Assembly (NCBI GenBank): GCA_030645735.1
Contig: JAUSNP010000006.1
Location: 68,095 to 132,094, forward strand
Direction of reading: 5' to 3'
Length of the DNA: 64,000 nucleotides
Source: Candidatus Moraniibacteriota bacterium
GTDB taxonomy: Bacteria > Patescibacteriota > Minisyncoccia > Moranbacterales > UBA2206
Shown here: positions 63,292 to 64,000 of the stretch, one piece after another
Layout of the letters: each line of letters opens with the position of its first letter
How positions within the stretch are numbered: position 1 is the stretch's first letter
Program-made: the position numbers and the translations under genes
Notes under the pieces: model-generated
The model's input: only the letters and a program-made list of their open reading frames with translations
Told to the model about the DNA's origin: nothing
Databases searched by the model: none

Positions 63292-63513
63292 ATGGAAGAT
63301 AAAATTTTCTACATTCTTATCGCCATCGCAGCCTGGTCAATTCCGTGGAAGGGCTTTGCTCTTTGGAAATCAGCGCGTCGTGGAGATTCAACCTGGTTTA
63401 TCGCGTTATTACTCATCAATACTGTGGGCATCCTAGAAATCGCATATTTATTTTTATTTTCAAATACGCGCAAAGTTATAATGGATCAATCTGAACGGGG
63501 AATTCAGAATTAA
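63292..63513 (+). CDS. hypothetical small membrane protein
   Basis: 73 aa with two TM helices. Confidence 0.35.
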   Translation: MEDKIFYILIAIAAWSIPWKGFALWKSARRGDSTWFIALLLINTVGILEIAYLFLFSNTRKVIMDQSERGIQN

Positions 63514-63523
63514 GACTAAACAT

Positions 63524-64000
63524 ATGTATTGGTTATATCTCATCATCTTCACAGTCGCGGTTATGGTTCCTGATATTTTCAAGCAGGACAATTTTGTGTT
63601 GCCACACGAACAAATGGAAGAATTGACTATATTTGTTTTGGGAATGATGGGATTTTTGTTTTTTATAATGAAAGAACGTCAATTGGCAGTTCAACGCAAA
63701 GAAAAAGAGCGCGAACAAAGAAGGCTGCAACAAACAGCCAAGGATTTGGTGGAATCATATAGTTATATCGGCGAGGTGAATCGCAAAATGGATTTGTTGA
63801 TGCAAATCGGATTGGGCTTGTCAGAACGCTCAACCATGAACAAGACGCAAGAAAAAGAAATATATCAGTCAATCATTGATTCAACTAATTTTTTGCTGAA
63901 AGCAGAATGTTCCACTTTGCGCTTTGTGAACGTGAAAACTGGCCGAATCGTGAAGGATATTGTTTTTGATGAAAAATGTCGCCCATTGGAAGAGGGAATT
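63524..64000 (+). CDS. hypothetical membrane protein (3' partial, runs off window)
   Basis: ATG 63524 opens a frame with no stop to the window end. Two N-terminal TM helices, then a coiled-coil-like region. Confidence 0.4.
   Translation, partial: MYWLYLIIFTVAVMVPDIFKQDNFVLPHEQMEELTIFVLGMMGFLFFIMKERQLAVQRKEKEREQRRLQQTAKDLVESYSYIGEVNRKMDLLMQIGLGLSERSTMNKTQEKEIYQSIIDSTNFLLKAECSTLRFVNVKTGRIVKDIVFDEKCRPLEEGI

Overview
This is a low-GC bacterial chromosome segment, roughly 37-40% GC by eye, with almost every gene on the + strand. Several properties point to a Candidate Phyla Radiation / Patescibacteria-like organism, which is an inference and not a database result. These are the many small membrane-anchored ORFans, a 16S rRNA with a ~118-nt expansion insertion, no 23S downstream of the 16S, and weak or absent Shine-Dalgarno sequences on many genes. 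Annotated content in order: a nucleotide-sanitising cluster (MazG, HD, Nudix, deoxyribosyltransferase-like, PAP2), serS, the 16S gene with sigma70-like promoters, peptidase S51, creatininase-family and HAD genes, a compositionally distinct three-ORFan mini-island, an aldose epimerase, a PAS/GAF membrane sensor next to a membrane-anchored ClpA/B-type double AAA+ ATPase, a high-GC purH fragment (IMP cyclohydrolase domain only), an ECF sigma operon, HU, PBP1A and a dcw-like cluster (khpA-trmD-ftsW-murG-murC-murB-hpf). These are followed by secA, a surface repeat protein, secD with an embedded parvulin domain and secF, pyruvate:ferredoxin oxidoreductase porCDAB, tRNA-Arg, rubrerythrin, zupT, prfB with its programmed +1 frameshift, ftsEX, a SulP/STAS permease, tRNA-Gln, rluB-like and obg. 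The most notable non-coding signals are three families of repeated elements: a ~160-185 nt element with covarying 18-19 bp terminal helices (2 copies), a 7-bp-stem hairpin with an invariant 13-nt loop overlapping ribosome-binding sites (4 copies), and TGTCAT...ATGACA palindromic hairpin elements (2 copies).
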